24,025 nucleotides of DNA from Candidatus Helarchaeota ASGARD archaeon Hel_GB_B (lineage in GTDB: Archaea; Asgardarchaeota; Lokiarchaeia; Helarchaeales; HEL-GB-B), in assembly GCA_005191425.1 (NCBI GenBank), contig SUPR01000052.1, positions 1-24,025 on the forward strand, written 5' to 3'. Under the pieces are notes generated by a model, which was not told the origin of the DNA, searched no databases, and worked only from the letters and a program-made list of their open reading frames with translations. Both the position numbers and the translations under genes were made by a program. Of this stretch, positions 9,224 through 17,430 are shown piece by piece; the stretch's first letter is position 1, and the number at the start of each line of letters is the position of its first letter.

Positions 9224-9448
9224 TTATTTATGAGATTTACGAGTAGGCTGTTTTTTAAAAACAGTAAAACCACATTTACCACAAACATATCTATCAAACA
9301 TATCGGCCATAAACACTCCAGGACCGCACCGAGTACAAAATTGATTTTTTCGGATTAATTTATCGCCATCTATTTTATAATAATCACTAACGCGTACCGA
9401 TACTTTTTTCTTTTTACTTTTAGGTTTTCTAGAGGACAGTTTACTCAC
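9224..9448 (-). CDS. rps27ae: 30S ribosomal protein eS31 (S27ae), no ubiquitin fusion
   Basis: YYKIDG..LIRKNQFCTRCGPGVFMA..DRYVCGKCGFT; GTG start overlapping the rps24e stop region by 8 nt. Confidence 0.96.
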   Translation of the reverse strand: MSKLSSRKPKSKKKKVSVRVSDYYKIDGDKLIRKNQFCTRCGPGVFMADMFDRYVCGKCGFTVFKKQPTRKSHK

Positions 9449-9737
9449 CTTTTTCTTCTTTTATTTGATTTCTTTTTTTAATATACTCAGGTACCAATTT
9501 ATCTGCTATTTCTTTTGAATCATAAACATATACTTCGCATTTTGTTGAACCTCTTCCAAATTCAGGTTGTAATTTGTAGACATACACAAGGTCTATATCC
9601 ACAGCATATTTTGACGCAATTTTATTACGGACAGATTGCCGCGTTGGAGTAGGTTCAGCTGGATGAAATAAAATAAAATTTAATTCACGACGATTTAATA
9701 AAATGTTGTTATGTTCGTACATATCTTTGATAGCCAT
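9441..9737 (-). CDS. rps24e: 30S ribosomal protein eS24 (S24e)
   Basis: NILLNRREL, H..EPTPTR..VR.KIA, FGRGST..VYVYDS, EYIKKRN. Confidence 0.96.
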   Translation of the reverse strand: MAIKDMYEHNNILLNRRELNFILFHPAEPTPTRQSVRNKIASKYAVDIDLVYVYKLQPEFGRGSTKCEVYVYDSKEIADKLVPEYIKKRNQIKEEKGE

Positions 9738-9748
9738 TTTTCTTACAC

Positions 9749-10327
9749 CTAACTATTTTCATCAACTAATTCCATTTTTTCTAAATAACCAATAAACTCT
9801 TCTTTTTTAGGAGGAGTTACAGTGATCATAACCAAACCTTGTTCCATATTATATGATTTAATTGGAGGCTGGCCATAAAATACTATTGAATTTAATGGAG
9901 CTTCAAGTACTGCAATTAATGTTAGCAAATCTTCTTCACCTTCAACTTGAATCAATATAGGTTTATCATTTCTTTTGATTGCATTATCAATAATATGCCA
10001 AGCAGCTCCTTCAATATAACCTTTTTTATTTTTTAATTTTAATATATTTTTAGCGGGGAAATTAACAACCTCATTATTTGTTCTTAAAGTTTTTCCATCA
10101 ATAATAGCAACATCAATATTGATACCTTTTTCTATAAGAGACCTGGTACAGACATCACCTACACTAATAACTAATGGTGGTTTATTTTTTTCGCCAAATT
10201 GAGTAAATAAGTTTTTTACTTGTTCAGTAGTTTCCTCTACAGAACCTACAAAGAATTTTCCCAACGGTTTTTTTAAAATAATAATTAATTCATCAGTTAT
10301 TTTTACATTTTTACCCTTTTTTTCCAC
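9749..10327 (-). CDS. GTP-dependent dephospho-CoA kinase (DUF359 family)
   Basis: LKKPLG, VGDVCT, IIDGKTLR, VEGEEDLLTL, VFYGQP; GTG start with a GGTGA Shine-Dalgarno 4 nt upstream; usual position between spt4 and rps24e. Confidence 0.9.
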   Translation of the reverse strand: MEKKGKNVKITDELIIILKKPLGKFFVGSVEETTEQVKNLFTQFGEKNKPPLVISVGDVCTRSLIEKGINIDVAIIDGKTLRTNNEVVNFPAKNILKLKNKKGYIEGAAWHIIDNAIKRNDKPILIQVEGEEDLLTLIAVLEAPLNSIVFYGQPPIKSYNMEQGLVMITVTPPKKEEFIGYLEKMELVDENS

Positions 10328-10337
10328 TTTATCACCA

Positions 10338-10523
10338 TTAACGAACCTTCAATGCATATTTACCGGGATTTTTAATTTGTAATTTTTTCGCAATTAAAGA
10401 ATCAGTATCAAAAATTATCACAAAACCTGAAAATTCTGAAGACAGATTGAAACTTTTACAATTTGAACATTGATTTGAATTTTCTTCAATAAACCTACAA
10501 TTTTTACATGCTTTCTCAGGAAT
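10338..10523 (-). CDS. spt4: Transcription elongation factor Spt4 (RpoE''), absent from the ORF track; probable ATT start
   Basis: Manual translation gives (I/M)PEKACKNCRFIEENSNQCSNCKSFNLSSEFSGFVIIFDTDSLIAKKLQIKNPGKYALKVR* (61 aa): two CxxC pairs, SG.VII.D..S.IAKKL.I..PGKYALKVR. It lies between rpoE1 and DUF359. Confidence 0.95.
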   Translation of the reverse strand: MPEKACKNCRFIEENSNQCSNCKSFNLSSEFSGFVIIFDTDSLIAKKLQIKNPGKYALKVR

Positions 10524-10529
10524 ATTAAT

Positions 10530-10538
10530 TCACTTCCT
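10530..10538 (-). promoter_or_regulatory. Shine-Dalgarno-like site for spt4 (AGGAAGTGA)
   Basis: One mismatch to AGGAGGTGA; ends 6 nt before the ATT at 10523. Confidence 0.6.
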
Positions 10539-11246
10539 TTATCGTCTTTTAGATGAAGTTCTTTTAGTTGTTTTTCTAGTAGTTTGTTTGGTACTTTTTC
10601 TTGTAGTCCTTTTTGTCGTCTTTTTTGTAGTTTTTTTGGATTTTTTCTTTGGGGCGGCTTTTTTTATTTTTAATTCTTCTGGAGGAACTCCTTCTTTAAT
10701 TAATTTAATGCGGTCTTGAATCCAATCAATTTTGCCCAGCCAATCTTGGCGCATCGTTAAACCCAATTTTCCACTTCTTGTACCACCAGTTCCTATTGAA
10801 ACTGCAACAATTCTAGCCCGTACTATATCATTTTCTCTTAAAAAACTCCCAGTTTCTTTTCCGATCAACATAGATTTATTCCCATCAAAAGAAATATAAT
10901 CATTTGTTATTTGTGAAATGTGTACTAACCCATCTATGCAACCTAACCGAATGAATACGCCAAAATCGACTACTTCTACTACCTTACCTTCTATAATTTC
11001 ATGTAAATTGGGTTTAAATACGACCATTTTGAATTTACATCGATAATGGGCAGATCCATCTCCAGGAATTAATTTTCCAATTCCTATTTCAGTTACACTA
11101 TGGATTGCAATAATAAATCCAAGGTCGGAAGTTATTTTTTCTTCATATTCTTTTTGAAGTAGTTCAAGAGTTACTTCATTGATATCCTCATAGAACCTAT
11201 TTGGAGGAATGGAAATAGTATTCTCTACTTCAATAAGTTTAAACAT
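10539..11246 (-). CDS. rpoE1: DNA-directed RNA polymerase subunit Rpo7 (RpoE'/Rpb7) with a basic repeat tail
   Basis: ISIPP, IPGDGSAHY, EIIEGKVVEVVDFGVFIRLG.IDGLVHISQI, VRARIVAVS, GLTMRQ.WLGK.DW; the last 43 aa are K/R/T/S-rich. Confidence 0.97.
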   Translation of the reverse strand: MFKLIEVENTISIPPNRFYEDINEVTLELLQKEYEEKITSDLGFIIAIHSVTEIGIGKLIPGDGSAHYRCKFKMVVFKPNLHEIIEGKVVEVVDFGVFIRLGCIDGLVHISQITNDYISFDGNKSMLIGKETGSFLRENDIVRARIVAVSIGTGGTRSGKLGLTMRQDWLGKIDWIQDRIKLIKEGVPPEELKIKKAAPKKKSKKTTKKTTKRTTRKSTKQTTRKTTKRTSSKRR

Positions 11247-11409
11247 TTTTTTATTACAACCTTAATTCAATAAATGAGAATGTTAATAAGACTAAAATAA
11301 ATCATTAAAAATTTTATTCTTATATTTTAAGTAATATGATTTTTGAATTATTTATATTTTTAAAATTTTATGGATGATATTTAATTTACTTTTGATTTTA
11401 CCTTTTATT

Positions 11410-11829
11410 TTATCCTAAGAAACGATTAGCTCTAAAAAATGATTTTTGCCGTACATAAATAAAATTTATCCCTAAATTTTTTAGTCTGCGTTTTAGTATT
11501 TTATCATTAGTAGCAACAACATAATTAAATTTTTTTGCGATTCTGATCAAAAGATCGTCAATAGATTCATTATCTTGTTTCTCTAGAATTGTAATTTTTT
11601 CTTTATTTTTGAAATAAGTGATTGCTGCTTTTATTTCTTGTTTTCTTTTGCCTCGCGCCTTATTATAAATCTTTACTAGCTCTTCATATACTTCATTTAA
11701 TAATATTAAGGAATATTTCCTGTCAATTAACTCATCAAATCTCGATTTTAAATCTATTTTGAACTGAAATGGAACAATTAAAAAGTTAGTGTCTAGTAAA
11801 ATATTTAGTTCTCTATCAGTATTTTTCAT
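11410..11829 (-). CDS. PIN-domain ribonuclease (Fcf1/Utp24-like)
   Basis: ILLDTNFL, VYEEL, IDDLL, VVATNDK.LKRRL; conserved position downstream of aIF2-gamma. Confidence 0.9.
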   Translation of the reverse strand: MKNTDRELNILLDTNFLIVPFQFKIDLKSRFDELIDRKYSLILLNEVYEELVKIYNKARGKRKQEIKAAITYFKNKEKITILEKQDNESIDDLLIRIAKKFNYVVATNDKILKRRLKNLGINFIYVRQKSFFRANRFLG

Positions 11830-11854
11830 ATATTTTCAGACCAAAAAAAGTAAA

Positions 11855-13126
11855 TTAATCTACTATAATTCCATAGCCTATAAGGCGCCAGCGTTTATTT
11901 ATAAGTCTGCTTATAGCAATTCTATCACCTTTTTCCGCGCAAGCAGGTTTTATCAATTTCATTTCCGTAATATCATTATGTATTTTTGTGATAATGCCTA
12001 CAAGAGTTGCTGCACCAATATTAATCATTAATCGTTCCCCTTTTTGTAATTTTTTAACTACCATTAACTTTTCGTCTTTTGTAGTTTTTATCCCAACTAC
12101 TCTTTCCATTAATTTAACTTCTACTTGAAGTTCATATCTTAATGGAGGGAGTTTATCTTTATATCCTATGACATTACCTATTAAGCTATCAGCCTTTGTA
12201 AGAGCTGGGTCTAATTTTGTTCCGATTCCAATTAACCCACCGGGACCTGCTTCATCAATTAACGAATTACTTGCATATAGTGAAATTATCTCTGTTGTTA
12301 ATGGAATATACTTACCAGGATTTTTTCTATCTGGATAACCAGGTAAAATTAGTATTTCATCGCCAACACGTAGTTTTCCTCTACTAATTGACCCACCTAA
12401 AACACCTCCTTTTAACTGTGATGGGTGAGAACCCGGCTTATTAATATCAAATGAACGAGCTATCCACATTAAAGGTGGGACTTTTACATTTCTTTTAGGG
12501 GTTGGAATTGTTTTTTCAATAAATTGAATTAATAAATCAATATTTGCTTTATGAATTGCACTGATTGGAATTATTGGGGCTTCTATTTTATTTTTAATAA
12601 ACTCATTAATTTGTAAATAATTTTCGATCGCTTTTTTTTCTGAAACAATTTCTATCTTGTTCTGAGCAATCACCAAGTTGTTTACTTGAGTAATTTGAAG
12701 CGATGCAAAATGTTCTCGAGTTTGAGGTTGTGGGCAAGATTCATTAGCAGCTATTACTAAGACAGCACCATCCATTAATGCAGCACCACTAATCATAGTT
12801 GCCATAAGAATCTCGTGTCCTGGAGCATCAATAAATGAGACTCGACGCAATAATTCTAATTCTTCACCACACCTAGGACATTTATTGCCTTTTTTAGCTA
12901 AAAATTCCGTTGTATAACATTCGGGTTCTGGACAGCTCGGACATTTCATAAAAACAGTATCAGCATATCCTAATTTAATAGAAATTCCTCTTCTTTTTTC
13001 TTCACTGTGTCTATCAGTCCATTCACCAGACATTGCCTCTACAAGAGTAGTTTTACCATGGTCAACATGCCCAACAAGCCCGATATTTATTTCACTTTGT
13101 TTTCCTTTATTTGTTGTTTTTACCAT
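11855..13126 (-). CDS. eif2g: Translation initiation factor aIF2 subunit gamma
   Basis: NIGLVGHVDHGKTT, RRGISIKLGYA, zinc knuckle CPSC...CPRC, DAPGHE.LMATM.SGA, QPQTREH, QNKIE, ARSFDINKPG, RWRLIGYG. Confidence 0.98.
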   Translation of the reverse strand: MVKTTNKGKQSEINIGLVGHVDHGKTTLVEAMSGEWTDRHSEEKRRGISIKLGYADTVFMKCPSCPEPECYTTEFLAKKGNKCPRCGEELELLRRVSFIDAPGHEILMATMISGAALMDGAVLVIAANESCPQPQTREHFASLQITQVNNLVIAQNKIEIVSEKKAIENYLQINEFIKNKIEAPIIPISAIHKANIDLLIQFIEKTIPTPKRNVKVPPLMWIARSFDINKPGSHPSQLKGGVLGGSISRGKLRVGDEILILPGYPDRKNPGKYIPLTTEIISLYASNSLIDEAGPGGLIGIGTKLDPALTKADSLIGNVIGYKDKLPPLRYELQVEVKLMERVVGIKTTKDEKLMVVKKLQKGERLMINIGAATLVGIITKIHNDITEMKLIKPACAEKGDRIAISRLINKRWRLIGYGIIVD

Positions 13127-13307
13127 TTACAGTACATCACTATCCTTATTTTAAAATTTAATATATTTAGAAATAATTATCTTTGATTTTTGATATTTTT
13201 CTGAATATTAAGATAAAAAGTTTTTGATTTAATAATAGGATATATTGAAAAAATTAATATTTTTAGAGGATTTTGGTTATTTATAAAAATATAAATGGAC
13301 GGTACAG

Positions 13308-13697
13308 CTATTTATTTTCATTATCTTTGTGAATATTTTTATATAATCTGTCTAGTGCTTTTTCTCGGTCAAAAACAACATCACAATGCGAAATATGATA
13401 TTCTTTACAATCTGGACAAATTTTGTTCAGACATTTATCACACTCATAAATTAAAGTATCTAAAATTGCATTACAAAATTGGACGTTACATTCATAACAT
13501 CTATGTACTAAGGTAAAATCAGCACATCTTTTACAAAAGATTCCTTTGCATTCATATACAACAATATCCCCTAATTTCTGAACACAATATCCTCTTTCTT
13601 TGAATTCGCAAAATATTGCACAATCTTTACAAATTAATCTTCCACAATCGATACATTCAAATTCTGCTTCTTTTTTACCACATAATTGACATTTCAT
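13308..13697 (-). CDS. Cys-rich protein with repeated B-box-like zinc fingers
   Basis: 19 Cys in 129 aa; CQLC-x8-CIDC-x4-CKDC and CDKC-x4-CPDC-x3-H-x2-HC. Confidence 0.75.
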   Translation of the reverse strand: MKCQLCGKKEAEFECIDCGRLICKDCAIFCEFKERGYCVQKLGDIVVYECKGIFCKRCADFTLVHRCYECNVQFCNAILDTLIYECDKCLNKICPDCKEYHISHCDVVFDREKALDRLYKNIHKDNENK

Positions 13698-14058
13698 TTT
13701 TCAAGTATTAACAACCAACATATTAAATTTTAATCTTTCCTAAATAAAATAATAAAAAATTTTAATATCTATAAAAAGTTTCATGTAAATTGTAAATATG
13801 TTAGAAATTATATATTAAAATAATTTAAAATTAAGAGATAAAGATTTAAATTTATGGATTATTCATAAAAAAACGACAATATTTTCTATTATATCTTCTA
13901 TTATTTATTTATTTGATCTTTAAACTATTAAAAAAAATAATCCATATCAATTGTTATTTTAAAAGCGATGATGATACAATTTATATAAAAATATCAAAAT
14001 TATCTCTAAAATCAAAATTAAATAATATTAACTAAAAAAGTAATTAAAACTGGAAAAT

Positions 14059-15048
14059 ATGAAAATTTGTTTAGGAATAGAATCAACAGCACATACTTTA
14101 GGAATTGGAGTAATTAATTCAGAAGGAAAAATACTAAAACAGGTACAGAAAACATTTATACCTGAAATTGGTGGTGGTATTCACCCGAGAAAAGCTGCAG
14201 AACATCATTTCAAATATGCCCGAGAATTAATAAAAGAGGTTAAGAATTCTAATAACTTTAATCTTAAAGATATAAATTATGTGGCTTTTTCTCAGGGGCC
14301 GGGATTGGGAGTATGCCTAAGAGTAGGTGCAGTCATAGCTAGAACACTACATCAGACTTTAAATATACCATTAATTGGAGTAAATCATTGTTTGGCGCAT
14401 TTAGAAATCGGTAAATTATTTTGCGATGCTAAAGACCCAATATGTGTTTATACTTCAGGGGGCAATACACAAATTATTGGATTTGATGGTGGAAGGTACC
14501 GAGTGTTTGGAGAAACTTTGGACATACCAATCGGAAATATGTTAGATGTTTTTTCAAGAGAAGCTCATTTACAACATCCTGGGGGCCCAAAAGTAGAGAA
14601 ATTAGCAAAATTGTCCAATAAATTTGTGGAATTACCATATACGGTAAAAGGAATGGATTTTTCTTTTTCAGGACTTTTAACCGCAGCAATAAATAAATTA
14701 GAAGCAGGAGAGAAGTTAGAAGATATGTGTTTTAGTATTCAAGAGGTTTCATTTGGAATGCTTGTAGAAGTTACCGAAAGAGCTCTCGCCCATACTGAAA
14801 AAAATGAGGTGTTATTAACTGGTGGTGTGGCAGCAAATCTGCGTTTACAAGAAATGCTTAAAATTATGGCTGAAGAACACGGTGCCACTTTTTATGTTGT
14901 CCCAAAACAAGTTGCAGGGGACAATGGAGCAATGATTGCATGGACAGGGTTATTACAAGCTAACTATAGACAATTTCTAAAAATTGATGAGAGTAATGTA
15001 TTGCCAAAATGGCGAATTGATGAAATAGAAATTCCATGGATTAATTAA
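14059..15048 (+). CDS. kae1: KEOPS tRNA N6-threonylcarbamoyltransferase Kae1
   Basis: GIESTAH, GIHPRKAAEHH, GPG, VNHCLAHLEIG, SGGNTQ, GETLD, GGVAAN, DNGAMIA. Confidence 0.97.
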   Translation: MKICLGIESTAHTLGIGVINSEGKILKQVQKTFIPEIGGGIHPRKAAEHHFKYARELIKEVKNSNNFNLKDINYVAFSQGPGLGVCLRVGAVIARTLHQTLNIPLIGVNHCLAHLEIGKLFCDAKDPICVYTSGGNTQIIGFDGGRYRVFGETLDIPIGNMLDVFSREAHLQHPGGPKVEKLAKLSNKFVELPYTVKGMDFSFSGLLTAAINKLEAGEKLEDMCFSIQEVSFGMLVEVTERALAHTEKNEVLLTGGVAANLRLQEMLKIMAEEHGATFYVVPKQVAGDNGAMIAWTGLLQANYRQFLKIDESNVLPKWRIDEIEIPWIN

Positions 15049-15054
15049 AATTTG

Positions 15055-15690
15055 ATGGCGATTAAAATGCTATTTAAAAAAGGCGCTGAAGCAAATTTAT
15101 ATTTAGAAACTTGGTATGGTAAAAAAATTATTAGAAAATACAGGTATAAAAAAGCTTATAGAATTGAAGAGTTAGATTTTCAATTACGAAGATCAAGGAC
15201 ATTCCATGAAGCAAAATTATTGCTTGAAGCAAGAAAGATAGGAGTACCTACGCCTTTTATATATATGATAGATGTTAAAAATACGTCTATCTATATGGAC
15301 TATATAGAAGGAAATCAATTAAAAAAAGATATGAACCATTTGATAAATAAAAATTTAATTTGTGAGAAAGTTGGGGAGAAAATCGGGTTACTCCATTCAA
15401 ATGACATTATACACGGAGATTTGACCACTTCAAATATAATTATAGCAAAAAATGGTATCATTTATTTTATTGATTTTGGGCTAGGAGGTTTTTCCAGTTC
15501 ATTAGAAGATAAAGGAGTTGATTTACATTTAATTAAAAAAGCATTAGAAAGTACTCATTATAAATTTGCAGATGAATGTTTTGATGCTATTTTGACAGGA
15601 TATAAGAGAATAGTTGGTGCCGAATTTCTTCAAAATATTAAAGTAAAAATTACCGAAATAGAGAGTAGGGGAAGATATTTTCAAAGATAA
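15055..15690 (+). CDS. bud32: KEOPS kinase/ATPase Bud32
   Basis: GAEA, K.R.KK.YR..LD..LR..RT..EA, HGDLTTSN, IDFGL, EDKGVDL, RGRY. Start is uncertain (TTG 15052, ATG 15055 or ATG 15067). Confidence 0.95.
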   Translation: MAIKMLFKKGAEANLYLETWYGKKIIRKYRYKKAYRIEELDFQLRRSRTFHEAKLLLEARKIGVPTPFIYMIDVKNTSIYMDYIEGNQLKKDMNHLINKNLICEKVGEKIGLLHSNDIIHGDLTTSNIIIAKNGIIYFIDFGLGGFSSSLEDKGVDLHLIKKALESTHYKFADECFDAILTGYKRIVGAEFLQNIKVKITEIESRGRYFQR

Positions 15691-15697
15691 TTAAATA

Positions 15698-16255
15698 TTA
15701 TTCAATTTTTGTACCACAATATTTACAAATGTCTGAATCAGGGTCTAAATCACGCCCACACTTTGGGCATATTAAAACTAAATCGATTAATACTTGTTCA
15801 ATATCCTCTTGTTGATTTGATTTCTTTGATTGATGAGAAATAGATTGTCCTTGTTTTAAATTAAGCATTTTTTCGCCAAAATTCCTAAATTCTATTCCTC
15901 TTTTTGGATCAATCTTTTTAATAATATTAGATAATTTAATATAAATTTGACCTACATTTTGATAATTACCTTTTGAATATTCATTTTTAGCGATATTTAT
16001 ATATTTTTCAATTATTTCTTGTATTTTTAAAGTTGCTTCATATTTTTTTGCTGTTTTGTTGAACATTTTAGCTTTTTCTTCATTACCTAAATCTAAGAAT
16101 AGACCAGAGATGTCATAATATAACGACATAACTTTCCTAATATTGTTCATTTTTGCAGCTCGATTTGCGGCTCGGATTTTTCGTTTGATTGCGTCCTCTA
16201 TATTTACACGCTCACTATCAGAAATCTTCAATCTGTTACCTCCATTTTTGGACAT
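15698..16255 (-). CDS. Hypothetical protein with two helical (TPR/MIT-like) repeats and a C-terminal double-CxxC zinc ribbon
   Basis: Repeats AANRAAKMNNIRKVMSLYYDISGLFLDLGNEEKAKMF and AKNEYSKGNYQNVGQIYIKLSNIIKKIDPKRGIEF; C-terminus CPKCG-x8-CKYCG. Confidence 0.75.
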   Translation of the reverse strand: MSKNGGNRLKISDSERVNIEDAIKRKIRAANRAAKMNNIRKVMSLYYDISGLFLDLGNEEKAKMFNKTAKKYEATLKIQEIIEKYINIAKNEYSKGNYQNVGQIYIKLSNIIKKIDPKRGIEFRNFGEKMLNLKQGQSISHQSKKSNQQEDIEQVLIDLVLICPKCGRDLDPDSDICKYCGTKIE

Positions 16256-16433
16256 AATTTTTCAATCTTAATTATGTTGAATTGATTTTTATGAATATAT
16301 AATTTTTCTTTAAATATAACTTAATGAAAAAATATTTTGAATTGGTTCATTACCTTATAATAGAGGAATAAATTTAAGCTAATTAAGTAAAATAATTTAT
16401 TATATATTAAATAATAGAAAGGAGATAATCAAA

Positions 16434-16889
16434 TTGGATTTTGGAAAAAAAAGGATAATATATTTTAGTATCCTTTTATTAATGTTTATTACAGGTACTA
16501 TGTTAATTTTAAATGTCCCTTTTAACATAAAAGTCACATATTATTTAGCAACAATAACAGATGATGGAACAAACATAATATTCAATGTAATAGGACCGAA
16601 AGTACATGAGAATGAGAGAAAAGCAGTAATAATAGGACATGGCGGTATGGCGTCTAAAGAATTTATGAAAAGTTATGCTATTAAAATTGCCTGTGCAGGA
16701 TTTGTCATAGTTACTTTCAATTTTAGAGGCCATGGACAAAGTTCGGGTGAATTTAATTTCAGCTTGTTAGTAAATGAAATAAAAGCTATCAAACAATGCT
16801 TAATTTCACGAGCTGATATCGATATTCATAACCTCACATCTAATTTATTTGGGAAATATTTTATTAGTAAATATCATTTTATAATTTAA
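16434..16889 (+). pseudogene. Truncated membrane-anchored alpha/beta hydrolase
   Basis: TM segment, then T.DG, VIIGHGG and TFNFRGHGQSSG. Homology stops at DIDIHNL (~16835), just before the expected G-x-S-x-G nucleophile, which I found in no frame; AT-rich intergenic-like DNA follows. Confidence 0.7.
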
Positions 16890-16936
16890 TATGAATTTTA
16901 TTTTAAAATTGAATAATATTGGATATTAGACTAAAA

Positions 16937-17416
16937 ATGATTAATAGAAAAAATATATTGATAATAACATTTGCAGTAATCTTAGCATTAGTTTTTATAT
17001 TATTTATTATTCCAGAAGTTTATTGGATATTGGTATTTTTCAATTTAGATTATTGGTGGAGGATTATAATACTTATAGTAATTACTCCCTTATATTTTGG
17101 GATAATTCTTTGGTTATTAGCATCGGAAATAAAAGAACATTATGAAAATAAAGATAAAATGGAAAAATTAGAAAAAATGGACAAAAAAACACAGAATAAT
17201 ACAAAAAAAACAAAAATAAAGGATATAGATGTTAAAGTTAGATTAGTATATAACTCCATTAAAAAATTTTTAGAAAAAAAAGATAAATTTCCGATTGATG
17301 AATTAGCAAATATTCTTGATATAGATTATGACGAAGTTTATATTATAATCACTAATTTATTGGAAGAAAATCTAATTAATGGTTCGATAATAAACGGTTC
17401 TTTTCACAAAAAATGA
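16937..17416 (+). CDS. Membrane protein with two TM helices and a C-terminal PCI-like winged helix
   Basis: Hydrophobic ILIITFAVILALVFILFII and WWRIIILIVITPLYFGIILWLLA; charged linker; IDELANILDIDYDEVYIIITNLLEENLINGSI. ATG at 16937 is preferred over TTG at 16919. Confidence 0.7.
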   Translation: MINRKNILIITFAVILALVFILFIIPEVYWILVFFNLDYWWRIIILIVITPLYFGIILWLLASEIKEHYENKDKMEKLEKMDKKTQNNTKKTKIKDIDVKVRLVYNSIKKFLEKKDKFPIDELANILDIDYDEVYIIITNLLEENLINGSIINGSFHKK

Positions 17417-17430
17417 ATTATTAGATTAAA

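Noticed and set aside
10524-10541. rpoE1 and spt4 are in the same reading frame (TAA AGG AAG TGA ATT AAT ATT), suggesting a read-through fusion
   Set aside because: It would need read-through of two stops, one of them TAA; the spacer is better explained as the SD for spt4.
11789-12031. 80-aa plus-strand ORF
   Set aside because: Antisense to the PIN gene and eif2g; no motif.
13295-13516. 73-aa plus-strand ORF
   Set aside because: Antisense to the Cys-rich gene, whose ordered CxxC pattern identifies the coding strand.
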